Position numbers and translations under genes: made by a program. A DNA stretch of 63,912 bases, filler included, from Nemertoderma westbladi (Eukaryota; Animalia; Xenacoelomorpha), in NCBI GenBank assembly GCA_032718475.1. It is 4 parts of 4 records of this genome, joined end to end, with 100 filler letters (N's around TTAATTAATTAA, not from the genome) between each part and the next. Parts side by side here need not be neighbours in the genome. Positions count along the whole stretch, not along the records: positions 1 to 18,094 come from JAUCBJ010004370.1; positions 18,195 to 37,205 come from JAUCBJ010002902.1; 2 more parts are not named here. The stretch is one strand, 5' to 3'. Shown piece by piece: positions 11,601 through 23,800 of this stretch. How positions within the stretch are numbered: position 1 is the stretch's first letter; the number at the start of each line of letters is the position of its first letter. A model generated the notes under the pieces. It was not told the DNA's origin, did not search any database, and saw nothing but the letters and a program-made list of their open reading frames with translations.

Positions 11601-14412
11601 AGGAAATTGAATTGTTTATCAATATGTAATGCTGAACACAGAATACAGGTCGACGCATGTCGATTTTCCCCTGGAGAGGTATAATTTGATTGCATCATTA
11701 ATATTCATCCCCATCTGCTACAATTTGAAGAAGACTATTACATAATAATACCTATAATTAAAACAATTAATTATTATAGTTCTATAGTTTATAAAAACAG
11801 TATCATTCGGGGGATGGAATTTATAGGTCATCTAATTAATTGTTTAAAGATTAGCAAACAATACAATGTAATTGCATTGATAAAATCCATAAATAAAACT
11901 TGGATACAAAATGTAAAATCGGGATGCAAAAGATCACTTTCTGAGCTAAGAAAGGAAAATTGGATACAACTTGTCTGGATACAAGCGGTCCGTTTACCTT
12001 ACAAAATGAAAATTAAGAATGTGCGAAGTTAAGAACAGTCGGGGGGAAGTGTCCGCGGGGGGAAGTGTCTGGGGGGGAAGTGTCCGGGGGGGAAGTGTCC
12101 TACTTGAGCGGGGGGGAACTGTCCGAGGGGGGGGGGGGGGGGGGGGGAGTTTCCGGGGGGAAGTGTCCGCACACCCTGCTAACCTGTCCTGTAAATCTAT
12201 GATCTATACCATTACATCATACTGCGTTGTGTATAGGCTACAGCTAGGATAGAACAGGGACTCAGTATAAATAGTTCAGTCAGTAGCCCTAGTTAGCCTA
12301 ACATTAATTAAAACTTATTTAATTAAGACTTAATTTAACTATTAATTAATTATTAATTAAAACTTCATCATAAATAACTAGAGAAGCCAGGAAGCTGGCT
12401 ATAAGGATACCGTGTACAGACAAACAAAACCTATTAAAGCATTTAGCTTTATATTGAATTAGCTAGAACGTGCAAGTGAAAGTTAAAGTTTTTTCTCGAA
12501 AGATTTATTTTTTGTCCAAAATGATTGCTTGGTAGATAAAACAAATATTACGCTATTACGTTACGGTTTACGGAAAAATATACAGTAATATTACGTTACG
12601 GTATTATAAAAGCTAGTACGTTACGGTCTTACGGAAAAATATACAGTAATATTACGTTACGGTATTATAAAAGCTAGTACGTTACGGTTTACGGAAAAAT
12701 ATACAGTAATATTACGTTACGGTATTATAAAAGCTAGTACGTTACGGTTTACGGAAAAATATACAGTAATATTACGTTACGGTATTATAAAAGCTAGTAC
12801 GTTACGGTTTACGTTACGGAAAAATATTGAGCTACGGTATTCCTGAAAAGATACCGTAACGTAACGTAATAACATCCTTGGTTATTATACATTTATTAAA
12901 GGAATGGATCTATAGGGGCCTTAACCTCGAATGATAAGTTTCTTATGACGTGATGGGATTAGTCCTACAATTGCGCCAATAAAAGATAAGTTATTTTCGG
13001 TAAAAAAAACTTATCATTCGAGGTTAAGACACCTAGATCCCTTCCTTTACAAAATAACCACACAAGGCCACATCCCCACTTGCAAGTTACCAACCACATA
13101 CAATCATATTGGTATATCATGCTTCCTTATTGCATTTTTCCTCAATACCCAAAGTAGATCATATACTAATAACAAATAAATTACAACTAAACAAACCTTT
13201 AAGCATTTTGCAATATTACAATATATAAACACCCGGTTAAGCTTACCGATATAATCGACCAACCTGCAGTTCTCGTAAGAACATAATATAATTGATTCCT
13301 TCCTTTGCCTTGTATTTATCAGCTAGGGCTCCCATCTCCATCTCATCTCCATCTACAAGATTCAGCATGGTGAGACATTGGTTGAACTTAAATTCGGAAA
13401 CATAACCATGTTTAAATCTAAATAAAATATTATTATAGTTGCTTTTAAGTTGTCGGTTTTTACATACCTACAGCGTACGGGTAAGGTTCCAACTTCTTGT
13501 TTAGTATAATTTCTTATAGTAAAGAACGTATTTCTTAATAGATTAAACTAAAGTAATCTTAACAGACTAGGATAATATTTAATTTATTAAATATATCTGT
13601 ATAATTTCTGCTCACTTATCGAAATCCCTGAACACCTCCAGACAATTGAACCGACGTTGCTCCAATTTGTTTCGCATTCTATCCAATACGTTATCAACGG
13701 ATACTCGATGTTTCTTAGTAACCGATACCCAATCAGTGGCACCTTGACGCGACAAGGTGCTTCTATTAGTGGGTGGAACAATGGCCGTGGGTGTGCGTTC
13801 TAGGTTGGGTCTAGTTTGCGTAAACGCTGAAAAAACCAGAACACACCAACAATAATTAATAGTAATCGTTGAATAAGTTTAGGAAAGTAAAGATTACCTT
13901 TGACCATTTTATCAGGAAGTAACGCATGTCACACCTGTGTCTAAATCTCTCTGACTTTCAATCCAACAGTAACGTAATGAACGATATGCATGCGATAGGA
14001 TATTCGGAACTGCATGCAAGGTACCGGTAAACAATGTCGACGCATATGCAATGAAGTGCTATACAAATATGGTGGCATCTCACTGCTAAAACCCAGCCCC
14101 ACCCTGCAATCCCGACGCTTAAAGTAAACCATTTGTTATAGCAACCACCTTGGTTGAACCGAGTACGCGACGCGGCTGACCCCGTTAACACCAGACGCAT
14201 CTACTCTGTAGTGACAGACCTGTGTCTAAATCTTTCTGGATATCAATCCATCGCGAGAAACCAGGTCGTTTGGGGTCCGCGTTGTGGTCGCAAAGTGCAG
14301 AGATCTCAGACAGACTCAAGGGGTAACCAATTCTATTGAGACCGGCAGCAAACACAGCATTAGGCAGCGCCCCCGTGCGTTTACCGTCAGCATCTTGGAA
14401 GCAATCAACTAC
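8666..14412 (-). CDS. Multi-exon EF-hand repeat protein (EFCAB6-like repeat architecture), partial
   Basis: Phase-compatible GT-AG exons 14412-14220, 13826-13616, 13417-13264, 10164-9980, 9656-9432 and 8723-8666 join in frame. They give FQDADGKRTGAL..., DLDTAFTQTRPNLERTPT..., FRDFDKFKHGYVSEFKF..., INYYMFLREL..., FLKDYDKHRSGTITKGEFARGL... and VNYAAFVADVD. The 5' exons lie beyond the satellite/gap; the 3' end is unresolved. Confidence 0.8.
8820..9240 (+). pseudogene. Heavily degraded 3' fragment of an RTE-type LINE
   Basis: Residual similarity to 10573-11147 (e.g. TTCCGGGCAGCAGTAGAG, TGGGCCCTTAACTGCGGAAGATACC, CTTCTAAAAGACGTTGGTCTTGA). Confidence 0.55.
10573..11147 (+). mobile_element. 5'-truncated RTE-clade LINE (family A), nested in the hAT element
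   Basis: RT thumb/C-terminus YLGSWI..KAWAAL..IWKS..PVLLYG..RLRFAGH; (TAG)n tail; exact 15-bp TSD GTAACGGTAGCCATG (10558-10572, 11148-11162); near-identical to the copy at 49970-51330. Confidence 0.92.
11192..12175. mobile_element. Non-autonomous TIR element with GGACACTTCCCCCC subterminal repeats, nested in the hAT element
   Basis: Left GGA..AACTTCCCCCCCGGACA, right repeated GGGGGGAAGTGTCC; 8-9 bp TSD (C)CTGCTAAC at 11183-11191 and 12175-12183. Confidence 0.7.
12897..13049. mobile_element. ~150-bp palindromic MITE
   Basis: TAAAGGAATGGATCTA..CTTAACCTCGAATGATAAGTTT mirrored by AAACTTATCATTCGAGGTTAAG..TAGATCCCTTCCTTTA. Confidence 0.7.
13966..14210 (+). pseudogene. Old RTE-type LINE remnant flanked by a ~38-bp imperfect direct repeat
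   Basis: About 14047-14124 translates CNEVLYKYGGISLLKPSPTLQSRRLK, matching family A SNQTLYNIGGVSLVPPSLTLEQNRLR. The flanks 13927-13965 and 14212-14250 share ACCTGTGTCTAAATCT.TCTG...TCAATCCA. Confidence 0.7.
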
Positions 14413-14611
14413 CTAAATAAAAAATTTATTATTTATTTATTATTTATTTATTATTTTTTAAAAGTTTATTTTCATTAGATTTTAGAAATAAGCAGTGTAA
14501 CACGTACGACCAACAACCTGTATTTTTCCATAATACACTTTCGTCTTAAATATTATGTTTGTAGAGGTACTAACAATCTTTATTGAGGGTTTTCTCCAAA
14601 ATTTAATTATT

Positions 14612-17600
14612 TATGGTCTCCGCACTAACCCTTATCCGTCGCCCGCTTATATGGTCTCCACACTAACCCTTATCCGTCGCCCGCTTATATGGTCTCCGCA
14701 CTAACCCTTATCCGTCGCCCCCTTATATGGTCTCCACACTAACCCTTATCCGTCGCCCGCTTATATGGTCTCCGCACTAACCCTTATCCGTCGCCCGCTT
14801 ATATGGTCTCCGCACTAACCCTTATCCGTCGCCCGCTTATATGGTCTCCGCACTAACCCTTATCCGTCGCCCGCTTATATGGTCTCCGCACTAACCCTTA
14901 TCCGTCGCCCGCTTATATGGTCTCCGCACTAACCCTTATCCGTCGCCCGCTTATATGGTCTCCGCACTAACCCTTATCCGTCGCCCGCTTATATGGTCTC
15001 CGCACTAACCCTTATCCGTCGACCGCTTATATGGTCTCCACACTAACCCTTATCCGTCGCCCGCTTATGTGGTCTCCGCACTACCCCTTATCCGTCGCCC
15101 GCTTATGTGGTCTCCGCACTAACCCTTATCCGTCGTCGCCCGCTTATATGGTCTCCGCACTAACCCTTATCCGTCGCCCGCTTATATGGTCTCCGCACTA
15201 ACCCTTATCCGTCGCCCGCTTATATGGTCTCCGCACTAACCCTTATCCGTCGCCCGCTTATATGGTCTCCGCACTAACCCTTATCCGTCGCCCGCTTATA
15301 TGGTCTCCGCACTAACCCTTATCCGTCGCCCCGCTTATATGGTCTCCGCACTAACCCTTATCCGTCGCCCGCTTATATGGTCTCCGCACTAACCCTTATC
15401 CGTCGTCGCCCGCTTATATGGTCTCCGCACTAACCCTTATCCGTCGCCCGCTTATATGGTCTCCGCACTAACCCTTATCCGTCGCCCGCTTATATGGTCT
15501 CCGCACTAACCCTTATCCGTCGCCCGCTTATATGGTCTCCGCACTAACCCTTATCCGTCGCCCGCTTATATGGTCTCCGCACTAACCCTTATCCGTCGCC
15601 CGCTTATATGGTCTCCGCACTAACCCTTATCCGTCGCCCGCTTATATGGTCTCCGCACTAACCCTTATCCGTCGCCCGCTTATATGGTCTCCGCACTAAC
15701 CCTTATCCGTCGTCGCCCGCTTATATGGTCTCCGCACTAACCCTTATCCGTCGCCCGCTTATATGGTCTCCGCACTAACCCTTATCCGTCGCCCGCTTAT
15801 ATGGTCTCCGCACTAACCCTTATCCGTCGTCGCCCGCTTATATGGTCTCCGCACTAACCCTTATCCGTCGCCCCGCTTATATGGTCTCCGCACTAACCCT
15901 TATCCGTCGCCCGCTTATATGGTCTCCGCACTAACCCTTGTCTCCGCACTAACCCTTATCCGTCGCCCGCTTATATGGTCTCCGCACTAACCCTTATCCG
16001 TCGCCCGCTTATATGGTCTCCGCACTAACCCTTATCCGTCGCCCGCTTATATGGTCTCCGCACTAACCCTTATCCGTCGCCCGCTTATATGGTCTCCGCA
16101 CTAACCCTTGTCTCCGCACTAACCCTTATCCGTCGCCCCGCTTATATGGTCTCCGCACTAACCCTTATCCGTCGCCCCCTTATATGGTCTCCGCACTAAC
16201 CCTTATCCGTCGCCCGCTTATATGGTCTCCGCACTAACCCTTATCCGTCGCCCGCTTATATGGTCTCCGCACTAACCCTTATCCGTCGCCCGCTTATATG
16301 GTCTCCGCACTAACCCTTGTCTCCGCACTAACCCTTATCCGTCGCCCGCTTATATGGTCTCCGCACTAACCCTTATCCGTCGCCCGCTTATATGGTCTCC
16401 GCACTAACCCTTATCCGTCGCCCGCTTATATGGTCTCCGCACTAACCCTTATCCGTCGCCCGCTTATATGGTCTCCGCACTAACCCTTATCCGTCGCCCC
16501 GCTTATATGGTCTCCGCACTAACCCTTATCCGTCGCCCGCTTATATGGTCTCCGCACTAACCCTTATCCGTCGCCCGCTTATATGGTCTCCGCACTAACC
16601 CTTATCCGTCGCCCGCTTATATGGTCTCCGCACTAACCCTTATCCGTCGCCCGCTTATATGGTCTCCGCACTAACCCTTATCCGTCGCCCGCTTATATGG
16701 TCTCCGCACTAACCCTTATCCGTCGCCCGCTTATATGGTCTCCGCACTAACCCTTATCCGTCGCCCCCTTATATGGTCTCCGCACTAACCCTTATCCGTC
16801 GCCCGCTTATATGGTCTCCGCACTAACCCTTATCCGTCGCCCCGCTTATATGGTCTCCGCACTAACCCTTATCCGTCGCCCCCTTATATGGTCTCCGCAC
16901 TAACCCTTATCCGTCGCCCGCTTATATGGTCTCCGCACTAACCCTTATCCGTCGCCCGCTTATATGGTCTCCGCACTAACCCTTATCCGTCGCCCGCTTA
17001 TATGGTCTCCGCACTAACCCTTATCCGTCGCCCGCTTATATGGTCTCCGCACTAACCCTTATCCGTCGCCCGCTTATATGGTCTCCGCACTAACCCTTAT
17101 CCGTCGCCCCGCTTATATGGTCTCCGCACTAACCCTTATCCGTCGCCCGCTTATATGGTCTCCGCACTAACCCTTATCCGTCGCCCGCTTATATGGTCTC
17201 CGCACTAACCCTTATCCGTCGCCCGCTTATATGGTCTCCGCACTAACCCTTATCCGTCGCCCCCTTATATGGTCTCCGCACTAACCCTTATCCGTCGCCC
17301 GCTTATATGGTCTCCGCACTACCCTTATCCGTCGCCCGCTTATATGGTCTCCGCACTAACCCTTATCCGTCGCCCCCTTATATGGTCTCCGCACTAACCC
17401 TTATCCGTCGCCCGCTTATATGGTCTCCGCACTAACCCTTATCCGTCGCCCGCTTATATGGTCTCCGCACTAACCCTTATCCGTCGCCCCCTTATATGGT
17501 CTCCGCACTAACCCTTATCCGTCGCCCGCTTATATGGTCTCCGCACTAACCCTTATCCGTCGCCCGCTTATATGGTCTCCGCACTAACCCTTATCCGTCG

Positions 17601-18094
17601 CCCGCTTATATGGTCTCCGCACTAACCCTTATCCGTCGCCCGCTTATATGGTCTCCGCACTAACCCTTATCCGTCGCCCGCTTATATGGTCTCCGCACTA
17701 ACCCTTATCCGTCGCCCGCTTATATGGTCTCCGCACTAACCCTTATCCGTCGCCCGCTTATATGGTCTCCGCACTAACCCTTATCCGTCCCCGCTTATAT
17801 GGTCTCCGCACTAACCCTTATCCGTCGCCCGCTTATATGGTCTCCGCACTAACCCTTATCCGTCGCCCGCTTATATGGTCTCCGCACTAACCCTTATCCG
17901 TCGCCCGCTTATATGGTCTCCGCACTAACCCTTATCCGTCGTCGCCCGCTTATATGGTCTCCGCACTAACCCTTATCCGTCGCCCGCTTATATGGTCTCC
18001 GCACTAACCCTTATCCGTCGCCCGCTTATATGGTCTCCGCACTAACCCTTATCCGTCGTCGCCCGCTTATATGGTCTCCGCACTAACCCTTATC
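14612..18094. repeat. 38-bp minisatellite, roughly 90 copies, runs into the gap
   Basis: Unit TATATGGTCTCCGCACTAACCCTTATCCGTCGCCCGCT, head-to-tail and very homogeneous. Confidence 0.98.
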
Positions 18095-18194
18095 NNNNNN
18101 NNNNNNNNNNNNNNNNNNNNNNNNNNNNNNNNNNNNNNTTAATTAATTAANNNNNNNNNNNNNNNNNNNNNNNNNNNNNNNNNNNNNNNNNNNN
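18095..18194. other. Artificial contig linker
   Basis: 100-nt N-run with a central TTAATTAATTAA (stops in all six frames). Confidence 0.97.
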
Positions 18195-18996
18195 AAGTAG
18201 GACTAAACTGTCGCCGAAGTAGGGTAAACCATTACTACTAAATAGGTTGACTTCCCAGGTTTCTGTTGCAGACAAGCTAATATTGTCTGACCACTTTATT
18301 CCAATTAGTTACCAATCTTTGTAGTAGTGTACAGAATAGCCCCCAGCCATCTGTCCTTTACTAGACTATAATATGATATACTAAACCCAACATCTCCCTC
18401 AAGGTAGGAGGGAGTAATTTAGTAAAGATAGGCAAATAGCAAGATGCATGCAACTCTTTCCATTGAAACTATATGATATATTTTTCGAATAGTGCACTCT
18501 AATTAATTATTTAAATATTGGATAGTTAGCCATAATATTTTACATTAATTAAAAATCCACTATATGCTCCATATATGTGTCTATGTCCATGCGAAAACGC
18601 AACTAAATTTGAACATTTCTACCGCATTCAAAATGTATTCAAAAGTGTTGGCAGAAAACGCCAACACCCAGGTTGAATCTCGGATAGATTAGCCCAGGTT
18701 GAATAGGGTTAAGGTTAAAAATAGAGAGCGAAATAGTTGGCTTCAATTTTCAATTTTTTTTCGTAACTTGAATTATGATATACACTGTAGTACCATTGTC
18801 ATGGTACTATGAAGTTATTATCAGGTCAATTTGGGTGAATTGTTGGTTTAAAATGTCAGGCAATCATATTTCTGAGACCAACTCTAGGATGGTAAGGAAA
18901 TGTAATAATAAAATATATATAACATATTATAATATATATATAATATATTTGCTGTGGAAATTCTCTAGTTTTCTAAATATCTTCTAATATTTTCAG

Positions 18997-19185
18997 ATGA
19001 TGTTTGCCATACTACCTCCGGACCCCGGCCCTACAGGAACTGTGTATTTCCATTCATCTTCGACAGCTATATGTACAATGAATGTAAAGAGATCGCTCCT
19101 CATGTTAGTTGGTGCGCCACAGCAGTGGATGTTGATGGCAACTACTTAGAGGGAAACAAAGGATTCTGCTCAGAAGGATGTCCAG
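18997..19185 (+). CDS. Exon encoding a fibronectin type II-like domain
   Basis: TTTCAG acceptor and CAG|GT donor, phase 1-1; DVCHTTSGPRPYRNCVFPFIFDSYMYNEC...WCATAVDVDGNY...GFCSEGCP. Confidence 0.85.
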
Positions 19186-19549
19186 GTGAAAAAATAGTTG
19201 AAATTTTAATAACTAAACTCCTCTTTTTAGTGGTAGGTAGTTGTTTTAGGAGAGAGGGACCCTCAAAAATAATGTAATTATTATTGTATTTCGGTAAACT
19301 TAAGTTGTGAAAGTGCTGGGTTCGTCGACCCCGGATGAGATATTTTTTGTCTTTTAATTGTTGCAGTTTAGGTGTACTGTCAGAAACACTAGAGAGAGCC
19401 TAAAGGCTCCCATGCTTATTGGAGCACTCTGCTTCTAGTGTTGGTCTTTCTGTAGACACTAAGAAGACCAACGTTTTAACTGTTAACTACGGTGGTCCTC
19501 AGAATTGTCTGATCGTAGGAGCATAAGTTCGAATAATGGCTTAATTGAC

Positions 19550-20000
19550 CATATGGATATAATTGGGATCACGGATACGGAAGTTAGATGAATACCGTCT
19601 GGTATGTAAGGCGAAGGCATAAGCAGCTTTGAATAAATAATCTCTCCAGGATTTGGAAGTCACAAAGAATGAAACGGAATAACAATGTTCGATTATTTAA
19701 GGCAGAGGCAGCAGTATAACTAATACTCCATGTGGGAGTCCGTGCAGGGCTCTGGATGGCACATATATAAGAATTACGCCGGGTTCATTGTGTCAACTAC
19801 AGTAGAATGAACACATCTCCAATCACACTATATACAACATACATAGGAAGTGTCTCATAGTCTCCCCAATCTTGTCACTTTAACGGAGCCACCTCCACTT
19901 TGCAGGACTTTGCTTTCACCGTGAAAACCAACCAGTGCACAATACTGTGCTTTGGCAGCCTCATGGATAAATAGGCATGGTGGAAAGGCCTTGACTTTCT
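19550..20000 (+). pseudogene. Degraded 3' fragment of RTE LINE family A
   Basis: Collinear nucleotide similarity to 10580-11040 (TCCAGGATTTGGAAGTCAC, CTGGATGGCACAT, TTTGCAGGAC, TTTGGCAGCCTCAT) with many indels. Confidence 0.8.
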
Positions 20001-20291
20001 TAATAAAATATAACATATTTTAATAAATCAAACATATTTTAGAAACCCTATTTATTTTGTTCTAATACTAATTTTAATAACTTTTTTTTAATTATACTAA
20101 TCTAATAATTTTTGTCCTAATTCTAATCTGTGCAATTCAGTACCTTATGGGTGTTTTATTAAACTTCAGGTGGTCTTTAAGTTTTACATATAATATTGAG
20201 ATTCAAATGTTACAAATTAGTTTCTTCCTACGTTGACAAATAAATGTGAATCCGTAATATATTGTCAGAGATTAAAATAAATATTGTAGAT

Positions 20292-20854
20292 TGTTAGCTT
20301 ATTCAATTCCGCTAACACCCCACAAAGTAAGCCGTTAAGCAATATTGGGAGCACGAGGTTGGGTAATCAACCTCGTGTGGCTAACTCGTGCCACCCCGAC
20401 AAAGTGGGAAGGAGAAACGCACAATAGGGGTCAGGGGCCATACCCCTGACAGAGAGAGAACAGTAGGAGTGAGGGGAAACACTCCAAAGGGCGCCAACAG
20501 GGATATTAGCCAATGGGAGGAAGGCACCGGCTAGGTACTGTAACAACGGCCAAACCGTGCAATATATATTATTAGGTACCATGTTACTGTAATCAGTTAT
20601 CTCATTGTGTTAGTCGGTTAGCTAGGGTAGAACGGAGACTTCTAATACCGTCCCTGTCTACCGCCATTATCTGTACATACTGTAGTACTTCAATTGCCAT
20701 CTCTTACTGAACTATATCCATCTTAACGTTTATATTATACATACATCGGAGAACTAATAACATCAGAACTCTCAAACTCTTTTCACATACAAACGGCGGG
20801 GACGCGTAATTACAATAACCGGATAAACCGGGATCCTCCTTGGATCCCGTCACA
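20292..20854 (+). repeat. 5' LTR
   Basis: Begins TG and probably ends ...CGTCACA; TATA-like TATATAT at 20563 and initiator TCAGTT at 20593; direct repeat of 33352-33905. Confidence 0.9.
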
Positions 20855-20893
20855 GTATTAGAATTCCAGCCAGCTACCGATCTAAAGTAAGAG

Positions 20894-23800
20894 ATGAGCG
20901 ACGCAACGCCAACGCGGACCCCGGACGAAGAACTAACGATCCGCGAGGCTGCGACCAGACGGTATAGGCCCAGGACGCCGGACCCATCGGTAACGGGTCA
21001 TCCGGCAGCTCAGGATGAGGGGGCCGTCTGGAGCCAGAGGTCGAGTCGAGAGGAGCGGGAGTCGAGTTGAGAGAAGGAGAGGGCGAGTTGGAAGGAGAAA
21101 GAGACGAGTCGACACACGACGACGGTCGACGTGCCGATGTCGCCGGCCAGCCACAGGCCGAGGGCGACGGACGGCCCACCGGAACGGCAATGGTGGGGCC
21201 GCCGGTACGACGACGGACCCGGAGAGATGGAGGAGAGGTCGGCGACGAGGACGTCGGGGTTTCTGATCGACTTCGACGGACCTACAACGCGACCCGGAAG
21301 CTACTTAAGGAGGCCAAGGAGGGGGCGAAGATAGACGAGGTAAAGTTGACACAAGGACTAGGTGAGTTGGATAAACATTTTAGTTATCTAATGTGCTTCG
21401 GGCAGAGAGAACTGGCCAAGGAGAGAGCGAGAGGGGTTGCTGAGGAACTGTGTGATTCATGGCGGTGTAGGGGTATGCAACCTAGTGTAGTGTACATAGG
21501 GCCATACTTAGTCGATGCCCAGGGTATAAAATTAGTGGGTTGGAGGAGACCAGAGGAGGGCGAATCCGAGGTTAACCCCGAGGATTCAGTCTCGTCAGTC
21601 AGAGGGAATTCCAGTTCCGGGAGGCGGGGGAGAGTTAGTAGGACGGGAAGGCGGAGGGAATCCGTCACAACCGATAAGTCTGCTACATCCTCCGTAAAAG
21701 AAAGACGGGTGAGGGAAATAAATGCGGTGTACCATTTCGATCTGATAGCGCAGGGCCAGAGAGAGGTAGAGAGACAGTTAGAGGAGGGGAAAGCGCTATT
21801 AGAGAAAGAGATGGAACTGGTTAAAGAGACCGGAGCGAGGGCCGAGAGAGCCACGAGAAGCTTTAGGGAGAGTGAGGAAATAGGAAGGAAGGAACAGGAG
21901 GAGCGTGAGGCGAGAGAGGAAAGTGAGCGTAAAGAGCGCAAGGCTGAACGTAAAGAGCGCGAGGCTAAAGAGGATAAGGAGCGTAGGGAGTGTGAGGCGA
22001 GAGAGGAAAGTGAGCGTAGAGAGTGCAAGGCGGAACGTAAAGAGCGCGAGGCGAGACGAACGGAGAGAATTGAGAGAGAGAAGGAACTGGCCGAACAGAG
22101 CGCGCGGGAGAGTCGGGAAATGATAGCAGATGGGAGGCGTATGCGGGATGGTTTACATGCCCGCCTAGGGGGGTTAATTCAGCACCAAACCAGACAGCAG
22201 CGCATACTGAAATTGGCACGATTGGGGTTGTCAGAGAGTGAGGCTGGGTCGAGTGCTTTCGAGGAGCCAAGGGCCGAGGAAACATTTATTAATACCCCAC
22301 TTACAGGAACCGCACGACAGACCCAAGACTGGTGTAACCATACGGGCGGGGGGGGGGGGGGGGGTAATAATAATACTACGGTAGACGACGTTGATATTAA
22401 TAGTACCGTATTGGATAACTCTAACCAAACTTTTATTGCAGGAAATATTTTACCTAGTAGTAGTAATTTAAATTTAAATCCGAATAATTATAATATTAAT
22501 GTAGTTACGCAAAATAATCCAAATAATCTAAATAATAACCCGAATTCGAATTTACAAAATAATCCAAGTAACGCAATTGCACAAAATAATCCGACTAGCT
22601 TTATTTTGAACGAACAAAATAATTCCGTTTCTAATTTGGGTACACAAAATAATTTAACTGGGGTGGAAGATTTAATTGATTTCAATAACGGTACCTGTGG
22701 TGCTATTAATGTGAACGCATCGGGCGTGTATAGCCCGGAAGCCAGCCTGATGGACCGCGTAGTTAACGAGCCGGAGGTGGCGGGGTTGAGTCAACCCGAG
22801 GTAAGCCTGGTAGGGCACGTAGTTAGTAGGCAGGAAGCGATGGGGTTGAGACAACCCGAGGTGGGCCTGGTAGGCCACGTAGTTAGTAGGCAGGAAGTGA
22901 CGGGGTTGAGTCAACCCGAGGTGGGCCTGGTAGGCCATGTAATTAGTAGGCAGGAGGTGGCGGGGTTGAGCCAACCCGGAGTAGGCCCGGTAGGCCAAGT
23001 AGTAGTAGAGAGAGAGGCAGGGGTAAGCGAACCCAGCCGTAGTAGAAACATTGTGTCGACTGGAGAGGGGTGTAGAAGTGAAGTAAGAGGTAGCGGCGTG
23101 ATATGTGGCGAGTGGGGGGGGGGGGGGGGGGGCTGCAGGAGCCCCACAACGGGAAGTTAGTGGCGAGTGGGGGGGGGGGACTACGGGAACCCCACAGCAA
23201 CAGGTTAGTGGCGAGAGGGGGGGGGGGGGCAGAGAGTGTCCCAGGGGGTCAGCGGATAATGCGCGGGCCGAATTAGGTAAACCGAAACACCCGGCGACGG
23301 AGAGTGATAGGGGGATTGCGAGTATCCCCAGCGGTGTGAGATCGAGCAGAGAGAGGCAGGTTGACGTCGCGAGAGGGTGGACGGAGCGTCGAGCCCGATC
23401 AGAAGAGGGAAGAAGAACAGTGGAGTTTAACCGGGAGGTCGACGAGAGATCTCACGAGCGGGAATACTGCACTGAAAGGAGAAGAAGAGAAGTCAGTAGG
23501 AGAAGTATCGCCGCGAACGATAGGAGAGCGAGGACGGATAGCGAGCCGTCGGTAGTCGAGATGGAAAGAGAGTGTCGGTGGGGTCGAACTTCGGGAGATT
23601 GCCGTCGTCCCGGAGAGATGCGACCTGACGAGGCGCATTACGCGTCGAGAGAGGGGTACACGATGTACCGGTACGAAGACGAGAGCAGTAGAGGGGGTCG
23701 AAGAGAAACTTTCCGACGGGATATACCTGCCGATCGAGAATACGGTAGCCGCGGGGAGGATTATTCGAGAAGAATAAACTTCGATCCCGAGCGACACATA

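Larger units (their letters stand above)
10220..12880. mobile_element. Non-autonomous hAT-like DNA transposon in an intron of the EF-hand gene
   Basis: TIRs CAAGGATGTT..TACGTTACGTTACG / CGTAACGTAACGTA..AACATCCTTG; exact 8-bp TSD GTTATTAT (10212-10219, 12881-12888); subterminal CGTTA repeats and a ~60-bp tandem at 12560-12830. Confidence 0.85.

Noticed and set aside
14612-18094. CRISPR array or telomere
   Set aside because: Head-to-tail units have no unique spacers and there are no cas genes in this eukaryotic context; TAACCC occurs once per 38-bp unit, not as a telomeric run.
18139-18150. Recurrent TTAATTAATTAA palindrome (also 37250 and 56400)
   Set aside because: It is centred in identical N-runs, so it is an artificial six-frame-stop linker.
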